Source of the DNA: Alphaproteobacteria bacterium
GTDB lineage: Bacteria > Pseudomonadota > Alphaproteobacteria > MPNO01 > UBA830
Direction of reading: 5' to 3'
Length of the DNA: 64,000 nt
Assembly: GCA_965243135.1 (NCBI GenBank)
Contig: OZ251539.1
Span: 4,512,001 to 4,576,000 of the forward strand
This document shows positions 40,559 to 49,278 of this stretch, one piece after another (position 1 is the stretch's first letter; each line of letters begins with the position of its first letter). Position numbers and translations under genes: made by a program. Under the pieces are notes generated by a model. It searched no databases, was not told where the DNA came from, and worked only from the letters and a program-made list of their open reading frames with translations.

Positions 40559-42205
40559 ATGGCGGTCGAATCTGCACGCACGCTTTCCGGGACCGAGCTG
40601 TCGGGCGACGGCCAAGCTCTGGCTGCGGCATGCCGAGCGAATGCGGCTCTCTGCCAGGCGCTGGAAAGCGCACTCGATAAAGCGGAGAAGTTTCGCCGCG
40701 ACGCCGAGAGGTGGCAGGGAGCTTTCCACCGGGCGATGGCGCTGATTAGAATCCTGAAAAAGAGACGCGAGGCGCCGCCCCGAGAGACGGCAGAGAACGA
40801 GAGTCTGAAGTCCCGCAGCCGCAGGTTTGCCCGGGAGTTGTTCGGGCGCCGCAGCGAGCGGCAGCCTACGGCAACCGGTCGACGCCGGGGGCGCAGTCAG
40901 GGAACGCCGTCGCACGGCCGCACGCCGCACCCCGAGCTGCCCGTTCGCGAGGAGGAGTCGCTTCCGGACGAGCGCACGTGTCCGGACTGCGGCAAGGCCT
41001 GGGTCTCGAACGGTTGGAAGGACACGGATCTCATCGAGACCAGGACCGTCACCTATGTCCGGAGGATTCGACGGAAGCGGCTGCGCCCGACCTGTACCTG
41101 CCGACCGGAAAAGGAGGCCGTCGGCCCGGCTCCGGCGCGGCTGTTTCCGAACACTCGGTACGGAGTTTCCGTCTGGGCGTACGTCCTGGCGGAGAGGTAC
41201 GGCCTGCACCGTCCGTTGCGCTCGGTCTGCCGCGCGCTGGGTCAGCACGGGCTTGCCATTGCGCCCGGCACGTTGGCGGACGCTCAGCGGGGATTCCTGC
41301 GACTGTTCGAGCCGCTCGACGATGAGATCTCCCGGCGCCTGTCGGAGGCGCCGGTCGTTCACGGCGACGAAACAGGGTGGTGGATACGGGAGTTGGGCGA
41401 AGAAGACGGCGGCAACGCTCGCGCCTGGGCATGGATCGCCCGGTCGGCGGACGCGGTTCGCATCGTTATTCTGCCGTCGCGCAGCGCGGAAGCCGCCCTT
41501 GAACTGTTCAGGGGGCTCGGCTCGCCCGAACAGGCGGCTCACCTGGTCTGCGACCGCTACTCCGCCTACCGGAAGCTGGCGCGCGTCATGGAAGGGTGCA
41601 TCGTCCTTTCATATTGTTGGGTCCATGCCAGACGGGACTTCATCAACCTTGAGACCGGCTACCCGAACCTCGCGAAGTTCGCCCAAAAATGGCTTCGTCA
41701 CATTGCGGCATTGTACCGACTCAACGCCAGGCGTCTGGCGTGTCCGGGCAACGCCGCCGCCCAGCGGCGGCTCGCGAGATTCGCCGGAGCGTTCTTCGCG
41801 GCGGCGAAAAAGGCACGGGACGCGCTTCCGGAGAGCGCGGCGCAACGCGGCCCTCTGGACTCCCTGCTACGCCACCGCGACGGCCTGACAGTGTTCGTCG
41901 ACAACGCAGACGTTCCCATGGACAACAACCCCGCCGAACGCGGCCTGCGCGGCCTCGCGATCGGCCGGAAGCTCTCGTTCGGGTCGCATAGCGTGGACGG
42001 AGCGCAGTTGGCGGGCATGCTCTATTCCATCTTCGGCACGCTCGAGATGGCCGGCGTCTCGCCGTACCGCTGGCTACTCGGTTATCTCGATGCCTGCGCC
42101 CGGCATCGCGGTCCGCCGCCCGAAGGCCCTGCTGCCTGGCTGCCGTGGGGCGCAGGCGAGGAGCGTCTCCGCTCCTGGCGTCCCGCTCTCCCCCAAGGAC
42201 CGTGA
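40559..42205 (+). CDS. tnpC: IS66 transposase TnpC
   Basis: FGRRSER, CPDCG..CTC zinc finger, HGDETGW, CDRYSAY, CWVHARRDF, DNNPAERGLR. Confidence 0.92.
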   Translation: MAVESARTLSGTELSGDGQALAAACRANAALCQALESALDKAEKFRRDAERWQGAFHRAMALIRILKKRREAPPRETAENESLKSRSRRFARELFGRRSERQPTATGRRRGRSQGTPSHGRTPHPELPVREEESLPDERTCPDCGKAWVSNGWKDTDLIETRTVTYVRRIRRKRLRPTCTCRPEKEAVGPAPARLFPNTRYGVSVWAYVLAERYGLHRPLRSVCRALGQHGLAIAPGTLADAQRGFLRLFEPLDDEISRRLSEAPVVHGDETGWWIRELGEEDGGNARAWAWIARSADAVRIVILPSRSAEAALELFRGLGSPEQAAHLVCDRYSAYRKLARVMEGCIVLSYCWVHARRDFINLETGYPNLAKFAQKWLRHIAALYRLNARRLACPGNAAAQRRLARFAGAFFAAAKKARDALPESAAQRGPLDSLLRHRDGLTVFVDNADVPMDNNPAERGLRGLAIGRKLSFGSHSVDGAQLAGMLYSIFGTLEMAGVSPYRWLLGYLDACARHRGPPPEGPAAWLPWGAGEERLRSWRPALPQGP

Positions 42206-43074
42206 GCGGCAGCCCCCGCCGCTACTGCGGGCGCGACTTCTCCGAGGACGAGGTCGACATGATCCGCGGCCTGATCGCGAGGGGCGGCCTCCACCGCCGG
42301 GCGCTGTCGCGGGAGGTCTGCCGCCGCCTCGACTGGCGCAAGCCCGACGGCGGCCTAAAGGATATGAGCGCGCGCGTCGCCATGTTGCGCATGCATCGCG
42401 ACGGCGTGATCGTCTTGCCGCCGCCAAGGCGCGCGCCGGTCGTCCGCCGTCCGCTCGTGCCCGGTCCCGCGACCGACAGGCCCCCGTTCCCGACCCCCGA
42501 GCGTCTCGCCGATATCCAACCCGTCGCCGTTGAGCCCGTCCGGAACGCGGGCGAAGGCCGCCTCTGGAACGAGTTCGTCGCTCGCTACCACTATCTCGGC
42601 TATTCGACGCTGCCCGGCGCGCAGATGCGATACTTCGTTCGGGCCGCCGGAGGCGAACCCCTCGCCGTCCTCGGCTTCGGCGCCGCGGCCTGGAAGATCG
42701 CGCCGCGGGACAAGCTTGTCGGGTGGGATCCCGAGACCCGCCGCCGCAACCTGCCTCTCGTGGTCAACAATGCAAGGTTCCTGATCTTGCCGTGGGTCCG
42801 GATCAAAAACCTCGCGTCCTGCATCCTTGCCATGGTTGAATGTCGCCTGCCCGACGATTGGGAAGGCCGCTACGCGTTGCGCCCGGCCCTGATGGAGACC
42901 TTCTGCGAGAGCACGCGCTTCGAAGGAACCTGCTACCGGGCCGCCAACTGGACCAAGGTCGGCAAAACGCAGGGCCGCGGCAAGCTCGATACCCGGAAAG
43001 AACGCGCTCTCCCGGTCAAGGACATCTGGCTGAAACCCCTGCGCCGGGACTGGAGGCGGCTCCTCAATGAATAG
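42202..43074 (+). CDS. DUF4338 (DruA-like) protein inside IS66 copy B
   Basis: GTGA overlap with tnpC; same motifs as copy A, GTCYRAANW. Confidence 0.9.
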   Translation: MSGSPRRYCGRDFSEDEVDMIRGLIARGGLHRRALSREVCRRLDWRKPDGGLKDMSARVAMLRMHRDGVIVLPPPRRAPVVRRPLVPGPATDRPPFPTPERLADIQPVAVEPVRNAGEGRLWNEFVARYHYLGYSTLPGAQMRYFVRAAGGEPLAVLGFGAAAWKIAPRDKLVGWDPETRRRNLPLVVNNARFLILPWVRIKNLASCILAMVECRLPDDWEGRYALRPALMETFCESTRFEGTCYRAANWTKVGKTQGRGKLDTRKERALPVKDIWLKPLRRDWRRLLNE

Positions 43075-43181
43075 GCCATCACCCCACGACCGAACGCTTA
43101 CTCCCCGGGGACTCCGTTGTCCGTCGAGAACTACGAAACCCGGTCTTGCGGCCGCCCGCTCGCCGCCAGCTTTCCCGGCGG

Positions 43182-43397
43182 TCACCCGCGGCGTTTGCTG
43201 GCCCGCCCGTCAGTCCGGCCCGGCGTCGACTCAACGCCCTCTTCCAGCAAATGGCGAATCCCCTTCACGGCCTGCCTGGCATCCTTGACGGCTTGCCGCC
43301 TGATCTCCTCTTCGCGTTCAGCTTCAGTCCGGGCCGGACGGCGAGGCGGTATCCATGCTTTGTCCTTCCGTGTCTTCTCCAGCTTGTAAATCATCAT
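43182..43397 (-). CDS. Small hypothetical protein
   Basis: MMIYKLEK..EEEIRRQAVKDARQ, preceded by GGAGG RBS. Confidence 0.4.
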   Translation of the reverse strand: MMIYKLEKTRKDKAWIPPRRPARTEAEREEEIRRQAVKDARQAVKGIRHLLEEGVESTPGRTDGRASKRRG

Positions 43398-43399
43398 TT

Positions 43400-43940
43400 T
43401 CCCTCCCCTTTGGTCGGCACCGTGGTCTGCAAATATAGTCTGGCTTCGACCTCTCGTCAAAGCACGGCTTCCTTTTTGTCCGCGCAAATCCATCTCCCTT
43501 GGAGATAACGGCGATATCGATCAGGCCTCCTACCGTTCCCTGCTCAAGGGATGCCATTCGCTTAACGGACATGAGATTTACGAGGGCCTCCACCATATTC
43601 GCGAGCTCATCCTTTGGCAAGCATGCGACAATATCCATTATCGGATCTATAAAACGACCTTGCCCGAAGTATTCCGCCGCAGGCTCAAACTGTTTTTCAA
43701 CCATCCTCTTGGCGGCTTTTCGAACACGTCTTCGGTTTATGAGAGTTGAAGGTTTATGGAAATCGAGAAGTTCCGTTCCGAATTAACAAAGAAATTCTAT
43801 AGTCGTCGAACTTATGCAATCGAGATATTCTGGATCAACTCCTTTCATGAACCTGCGAACCATCTCTGCTTGAGCAAAGGGCAGCAGCAAAGGTTCCATC
43901 CAGATTTATTTCCGTGCCTTTACGAATGTCGTACATCTCC
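43400..43940 (-). pseudogene. C-terminal relic of an Ntn-hydrolase/proteasome-like conserved protein
   Basis: PFAQAEMV..FM.GVDP and LPKDELANMVEALVNL..KR..TVGGLIDIAVISKGDGF, with an internal stop and frameshift; 5' end cut by an IS relic. Confidence 0.6.
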
Positions 43941-43941
43941 G

Positions 43942-44267
43942 TGACAAGGCGACAGGATCGACGATACCGCGAGCTTGCACTCTTCCGCAAGAACAGGGGC
44001 GCGCTACGCAAGCCTCAAGGCCAAGGGTTATCCGGTCGGGCGTCGTGGAGGCCGCCAAACAAGGCGCTGGTCAACCAGCGCATGAAACGGGCGGGCGAGC
44101 GCTGGCGCGTCGAAGGATGTCAGGACCTCCTCACCCTCAGAGCACTGGTCGGACCGTCTGGCATGGCGACTGGGGCTGCGAACCAGATGTCGAACGTCGC
44201 CTGACGGCGGAAATCCCGATTCCACAAATAAAAACAAGGAGTTCGGCAAAAATAAATTCGCGCTCCC
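43942..44267 (+). mobile_element. ISKra4-like 3'-end relic
   Basis: Similar to the reverse complement of about 17359-17740 (LVNQRMKRAG; CCTGACGGCGGAAATCCCGATTCC; terminal GGCAAAAATA). Confidence 0.8.
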
Positions 44268-44272
44268 GGCCG

Positions 44273-45015
44273 GTAAGCGTTCGGTCGCGGGGTGACCTGC
44301 CTGTTCCGCCTCCAGACGGGCCCACGCTGGTTGCATGTTTCCTCAGGCTTTCCGCCCATGGCCGAACCCTGGAGGTTCGACGGGTCCGCCTCGCTCGACC
44401 GGACGACGCTCCCGTTCGACGGAACCGCAGCCTGGAGTTCAGGCGTTTCGCCGCTTGCGGGTCTTCCTGCGGGCCGCCCCTGCTGCCGCCCCGAGGACGG
44501 GCGATGAACGCCACCGCCCCGTTCCCGCCCTGGCGCAAGCGTCTCTCTCTTGACGTTCGCATCGGCGCCGCGGATACTGTCTCCCTTCTCTGGAAAGGAC
44601 GCTCATGAGTGCCTTCGCGATCGCTAACCTCGCCGTCGCTTCCGTCAACGCGCTCGCGGCCGCCGTCGCGGCCGTCGGCATCTGGTACGGCATCCGCGCG
44701 ATGGTCCGCGCCAGCGACGAACGCGGGCAACAACAGCGCGCGGCTACGCAGCAGCAGAGCGAAGCCGAAGAACGCCGCCACGAGGAGAGCATGACGGCGC
44801 TCAAGGCGCTGATAGCCGGCCGACGGACGACGGGGCGGGAACGAAGGGCGCCTGACGCCCTTCCCCGCCGGCGAGACCTCGAAGTCGAGCGACTGTCGCG
44901 GTCGCGCGGGGCGCAAGTACCGGCGCCGTCGGTCGCAGCAAAAATCGAGAGGCGAAGGATCCCGTTTCCGGTCCCTGGACGAAATTTTTTCGTCCCCCGG
45001 GTAGCGAACGCTTAC
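44273..45015 (+). mobile_element. Non-autonomous IS66-derived element, 743 bp, with passenger ORF
   Basis: GTAAGCGTTCG..CGAACGCTTAC ends; 8-bp TSD CCCGGCCG (44265-44272, 45016-45023); no transposase. Confidence 0.88.
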
Positions 45016-45030
45016 CCCGGCCGGAGTTGA
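44605..45030 (+). CDS. Small single-TM, coiled-coil passenger protein
   Basis: Hydrophobic N-terminal helix then EERRHEESMTALKALI; AAGGA RBS; tail after about aa 72 looks non-coding. Confidence 0.55.
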   Translation: MSAFAIANLAVASVNALAAAVAAVGIWYGIRAMVRASDERGQQQRAATQQQSEAEERRHEESMTALKALIAGRRTTGRERRAPDALPRRRDLEVERLSRSRGAQVPAPSVAAKIERRRIPFPVPGRNFFVPRVANAYPGRS

Positions 45031-45096
45031 CGCAAGGATTCGCTGCGCCTACGTTCGAAATGACTGTCGCTTCGACATGAGGACGCGAGGAGGAAG

Positions 45097-46341
45097 ATGA
45101 GCGACGAGCGGGCGCGGCTGGCGGAATTGCTGTTGAAAGACGCGGCCATTCTGTACGAGAGGCATGGAGCGGGCCGCCCGGAGCCTTTCAACGTGTTTAC
45201 CGTCCTGCGCAGAGAGAGTGACGAAGTCAACCTTCATTCCCGGTTTCTCCACGCTCTGCTCAACCATCGGAAGCCCGGCGGCGAGGAAGGGGCGGCGAAT
45301 CTGCGTGATTTCAGGGAACAATTCGCTCCCGAACCTCTGCGCGACTTTGCGCTCGATGGCGCGAAAGTCGAGCGCGAACGCGACTACATCGACATTCTGA
45401 TCACGAACGATCGCGGACAGGCTCTGGCGATCGAGAATAAAATCTACGCTGGAGATCAGGATCGACAGCTGAAAGGGTACCGTGAAAAATTGGTGAAGCA
45501 AGGATATAAAAAAGAGGACATACACTTATTGTACTTGGCGATCGACGGTCGCAACCCTTCCGAAGCCAGCGTCGATGGTCTTAGTGAAGAAGAATATACT
45601 TCGATCTCTTACGAGGCTATTCTCCCTTGGCTTGAGCGTTGCCGAAAACGAGCCTATGATGAACCCGAACTGCGGGAGTCCATTGCACAGTATTCGCGCT
45701 TGATAAGGAGGATGACAGGTAATGACGGAAGGAGCGAACTTATGAAGGATTTGAAGGAACTTTGCTTGCGGGACGACAACCTTCTTGTCGCTCACCATTT
45801 GGCGGAAGCCCTGATTCATGCCAAGGCTTCTCTGATGCACGATATGTGGGAGAGGATAAAGAGCATCCTCGAAGAGAATTCTTTTGATAATCCTGTGGAT
45901 TTTGCCGGTAACAAGAAAAAAAGACCGTCGGATATTTCCGAAAGCAGAATCATTAACGTCTTAAACCCAAAACCCACAGAGCTTGCGGCATTTGGCCTGT
46001 ATTATTCGTTTGGCCAAGAACTTGCCCGTCTGGGCGTCCAAGCTGATCTTGTCGACGGTTTCGTTGTTGGCGTCCTCTGCGATAAAAACGGAAGCGAGGA
46101 AAAATATAATATGATCGAAAGAAGGCTTAAGAGCCTTGAGAGTAAAATCGGCAAAGGAAAAACGTCAGATGTCTGGCCTTGGTGGTGCGTTTTGAAACCC
46201 GATGGAACAGGTTTTCAACCGGGTGACATAGAGATTCTAGCGGACGAGAATAAAAGAAACAAGTTGGCCGACTCCATCGCGAACTCCGCCGTCAAGAAGT
46301 TGAGCGCCATTCGCGACGAATTCGCTACCGCGGATTCTTGA
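45097..46341 (+). CDS. PD-(D/E)XK nuclease family protein (PDDEXK_4-like)
   Basis: FNVFTVL..EVNLHSRFL..LLN, IDILI..IENKIYAGDQDRQL..Y; GGAGG RBS. Confidence 0.85.
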   Translation: MSDERARLAELLLKDAAILYERHGAGRPEPFNVFTVLRRESDEVNLHSRFLHALLNHRKPGGEEGAANLRDFREQFAPEPLRDFALDGAKVERERDYIDILITNDRGQALAIENKIYAGDQDRQLKGYREKLVKQGYKKEDIHLLYLAIDGRNPSEASVDGLSEEEYTSISYEAILPWLERCRKRAYDEPELRESIAQYSRLIRRMTGNDGRSELMKDLKELCLRDDNLLVAHHLAEALIHAKASLMHDMWERIKSILEENSFDNPVDFAGNKKKRPSDISESRIINVLNPKPTELAAFGLYYSFGQELARLGVQADLVDGFVVGVLCDKNGSEEKYNMIERRLKSLESKIGKGKTSDVWPWWCVLKPDGTGFQPGDIEILADENKRNKLADSIANSAVKKLSAIRDEFATADS

Positions 46342-46349
46342 GAGTCGTC

Positions 46350-46610
46350 CACGGAGGGAGCTGTTTCCGCCCGTACGGAGTCTACCGGCCAACGCTGTCG
46401 GCGACCTGCTTACTGGCAGCCGCCGCAGTCCGGAATGGCATCAGGTGCACCGCGCGATCGAGCATGGGAAGGCTTGGAGCACGTGTCGGCAGCAAGGGCC
46501 TGCACGGGCGTTTCCAATGGAAGTTCGCGGCTTCGCCGACACGTTCATCGACTTGCAGAAAGCACGCCAGCAGGCCGACTATCCGCTTGAAGGCGAGTAT
46601 TCCAACCGGC
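46350..46610 (+). pseudogene. HEPN-family gene fragment
   Basis: RAVS..; WHQVHRAIEHG..C..FP..FADTFIDLQKARQQADY, resembling HEPN R(H)xADY proteins; no valid start. Confidence 0.5.
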
Positions 46611-46640
46611 CCCGTGTCAAAATCCGTGCCCGGAACGGCG

Positions 46641-46878
46641 TTTTGCTGTGTAACTACCCCCGAGCTGCCGGCCACACAAAACCGTTCCACGAGATTTTTT
46701 CGCGGCGGCGCTCGCCGCTCGAGAGGAGCGTGACGCTGAGGGCTGCCCCGTATAGCCCTGTCTTCGCGCCGCGACGCCCGGACGCGGAACGGTTATGTCG
46801 GCGAGCGGCGCGAGGCCGGGAGAACCACCCCCAAAGTTACATGCTACGGGGCGAGCGGGCGCCGATCATGAGCGTTTG
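46641..46878 (+). repeat. Dispersed structured repeat, copy 2
   Basis: Core TGTAACT (46649) to AGTTACA (46841); inverted relative to copy 1. Confidence 0.85.
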
Positions 46879-46974
46879 TCACGATATCGCTGATTTCGTC
46901 CTTGAAACGTCGCAGTCCGTACAACTGTCGAAATCAATAGTTGTTTCTGGCTTGGGAATATCAAGCCTGCGCCC
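46875..46974 (-). mobile_element. Isolated ISKra4-like 5' end
   Basis: TTTGTCACGA..GATTTCGTCCTTGAA..AATATCA..CCTGCGCCC matches 18925-19036. Confidence 0.75.
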
Positions 46975-47186
46975 ATCTGAAGCGACTCTTTATGTTCCGT
47001 CTATATTTTTGAATTCCGAACATAATTGAGAAAATCCTTTAGGCAATCTCTGACCATTGGTTTCGATTTTTTACCGATAGAGGGTCTGTATTTCTTGATG
47101 ATCGTCTCCTATGGTACTCCCATGAATTCTCCATTGTCGTAAATCATGATGCCGACAGGTTGATGTCTACCAAGCTCGAACAGCTT

Positions 47187-47280
47187 GTTTGTTGTGTAAT
47201 TAGCCCCGAGCTGCCGGCCGCATAAATCCGTTCCGCGAATCGAAGATTTTTTCGCGGCGGCGCTTGCCCTCGTCGGCGCA
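47187..47280 (+). repeat. Dispersed repeat, copy 3 (partial)
   Basis: GTTTGTTGTGTAATTAGCCCCGAGCTGCCGGCC..GATTTTTTCGCGGCGGCGCT; central hairpin missing. Confidence 0.75.
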
Positions 47281-47607
47281 ACCGCATAACGCAAGGGAGG
47301 CGGAGTCTATGCGGATTTCCCGCTCATGATCTCCCGCTGCAATCTCGCGCGGCGCGAGGGATATTTTTCGGCGGCTCGGCATTGTTGACATCTTCGTCCT
47401 TCATAGTCGGCGCGACTATCATGGATCCTCTGTCGATCCGGCGGGAACCGGGCCGTCCCCAACGTTCCGCAAGGATGAACCGCGATCCGGTTTCCTGTAG
47501 AATGCGCAAAACGCTGTTTGAGGGATCTGCCCTGCCATGCTGAACGTGCACATGCGCTGCGGTCGCCTCGCTTCCGCAACGCGCAGCGGCCAAGGGGTCT
47601 GCAATCC

Positions 47608-49278
47608 GTGACCGCGCCTCGCGGGCGCATGAAGGCGGTCTCTCCCCGCGGACGACTGGCCGAACCGGCCGCCCTCGACCGCGTTCGCGGCCTGCTGGCC
47701 GGAATGCCGCGGAAGCGCGACATGCTGATCGAGGCGCTGCATGTCGTGCAGGATGAATGCCGCTGCCTGTCGCCCGATCATCTCGCGGCGATCGCCCAGG
47801 AATTCCGGCTGTCGCTGGTCGAAGTTTACGAAACCGCCACCTTCTATCACCACTTCGACGTCCTCGCCGACGGCGACGCGCCGCCGCCGGAGATCACGGT
47901 TCGCGTCTGCGATTCGATCGCCTGCGAATTGGCGGGGGCAACCGCGCTTCTTGAAAATCTCCGCGCCCGCTGCGGAAGCGGCGTTCGCGTTCTGCCGGCG
48001 CCCTGCATGGGCGCCTGCGACCGGGCCCCGGCGGTCGCCGTGGGCCGCAACCGGCTCGCGCCTGCCGACGCGACAAGCGTCGCCGACGCCGTCGACGGCA
48101 AACGGACGGCCGCCGCCGTTCCGCGATACGTCGACTACGACGACTATCTCCGCGGCGGCGGCTACCGGATCCTGAAGGAATGCCGAAGCGGCGCGCGAAC
48201 GCCCGAAGACGTGGCGGACGCGCTCGAAAAAGCCGGGCTGCGCGGGCTTGGAGGCGCCGGCTTCCCGACCGGACGCAAGTGGAAAATCGTCGCCGGCCAG
48301 CCGGGACCGCGCCTGATGGCGGTCAACGCCGATGAAGGCGAACCGGGAACGTTCAAGGATCGCCACTTCATGGAGGCCGACCCCCACAGGTTTCTGGAAG
48401 GGGTTCTGATCGGCATGTGGGCCGTGGACGCGGCGGCGTGCTACGTGTATCTGCGCGACGAGTACCCCGCCGTCCGCGAAATCCTCGGCCGCGAGATCGC
48501 GAAACTCGAAGAGGCCCGCCTCCTGGATTCCGGAAAACTTCACCTTCGCCGGGGTGCCGGCGCCTATATCTGCGGAGAAGAGTCGGCGATGCTCGAAAGC
48601 ATCGAAGGCAAGCGGGGCCTCCCCCGCCACAGGCCCCCCTTCGCGGCGGAAGTGGGCCTGTTCGGACGGCCGACGCTCGTCAACAACGTGGAAACCCTCC
48701 ACTGGGTGCGCGACATCCTTGAACGGGGAGCGGCCTGGTTCGCCGGGCACGGTCGGCGGGGCCGCAAGGGCATCCGCACGTTCTCCGTTTCGGGGCGAGT
48801 GCGGAGTCCCGGCGTCAAGATCGCGGAAGCGGGAATCACGGCCCGCGAACTGATCGAAGAATATTGCGGCGGCATGGCGGAGGGGCACCGCTTCAAGGGA
48901 TACCTGCCGGGCGGAGCGTCGGGCGGCATCCTGCCCGCCTCCAAGGCCGACATCCCGCTGGATTTCGGAACGCTGGAGGAGCACGGCTGCCTGATCGGCT
49001 CGGCTGCGGTGGTCGTGCTGTCGGATCGCGACAGCGCCGCCGCGACCGCGTTGAACCTGATGCGGTTCTTCGAAGACGAGTCGTGCGGCCAATGCACGCC
49101 TTGCAGGGCGGGTTGCGAAAAAGCCGTCAAGCTGATGGAACGGCCCGCATGGGACAGGCCGCTGTTGGAGGAGCTCTCGCGCGCGATGGCCGACGCGTCC
49201 ATATGCGGGCTCGGACAGGCGGCGCCGAACGGCCTGCTGTCCGTATTTCGGGATTTTCCGCAGGAGGCGGAGCAATGA
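47608..49278 (+). CDS. NAD-dependent formate dehydrogenase beta subunit (NuoE-NuoF-like fusion; start approximate)
   Basis: ATFYHHF, CDSIAC, GLRGLGGAGFPTGRKW, NADEGEPGTFKDR, GAGAYICGEES, ESCGQCTPCR. Confidence 0.92.
   Translation: MTAPRGRMKAVSPRGRLAEPAALDRVRGLLAGMPRKRDMLIEALHVVQDECRCLSPDHLAAIAQEFRLSLVEVYETATFYHHFDVLADGDAPPPEITVRVCDSIACELAGATALLENLRARCGSGVRVLPAPCMGACDRAPAVAVGRNRLAPADATSVADAVDGKRTAAAVPRYVDYDDYLRGGGYRILKECRSGARTPEDVADALEKAGLRGLGGAGFPTGRKWKIVAGQPGPRLMAVNADEGEPGTFKDRHFMEADPHRFLEGVLIGMWAVDAAACYVYLRDEYPAVREILGREIAKLEEARLLDSGKLHLRRGAGAYICGEESAMLESIEGKRGLPRHRPPFAAEVGLFGRPTLVNNVETLHWVRDILERGAAWFAGHGRRGRKGIRTFSVSGRVRSPGVKIAEAGITARELIEEYCGGMAEGHRFKGYLPGGASGGILPASKADIPLDFGTLEEHGCLIGSAAVVVLSDRDSAAATALNLMRFFEDESCGQCTPCRAGCEKAVKLMERPAWDRPLLEELSRAMADASICGLGQAAPNGLLSVFRDFPQEAEQ

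Larger units (their letters stand above)
40308..43101 (+). mobile_element. IS66-family element (tnpC + DUF4338), copy B, apparently intact
   Basis: 22-bp perfect TIR GTAAGCGTTCGGTCGTGGGGTG; 8-bp TSD TCCCCGGG (40300-40307, 43102-43109). Confidence 0.95.

Noticed and set aside
43942-46974. Composite ISKra4 transposon around the nuclease
   Set aside because: The two relic ends point the same way and share no TSD
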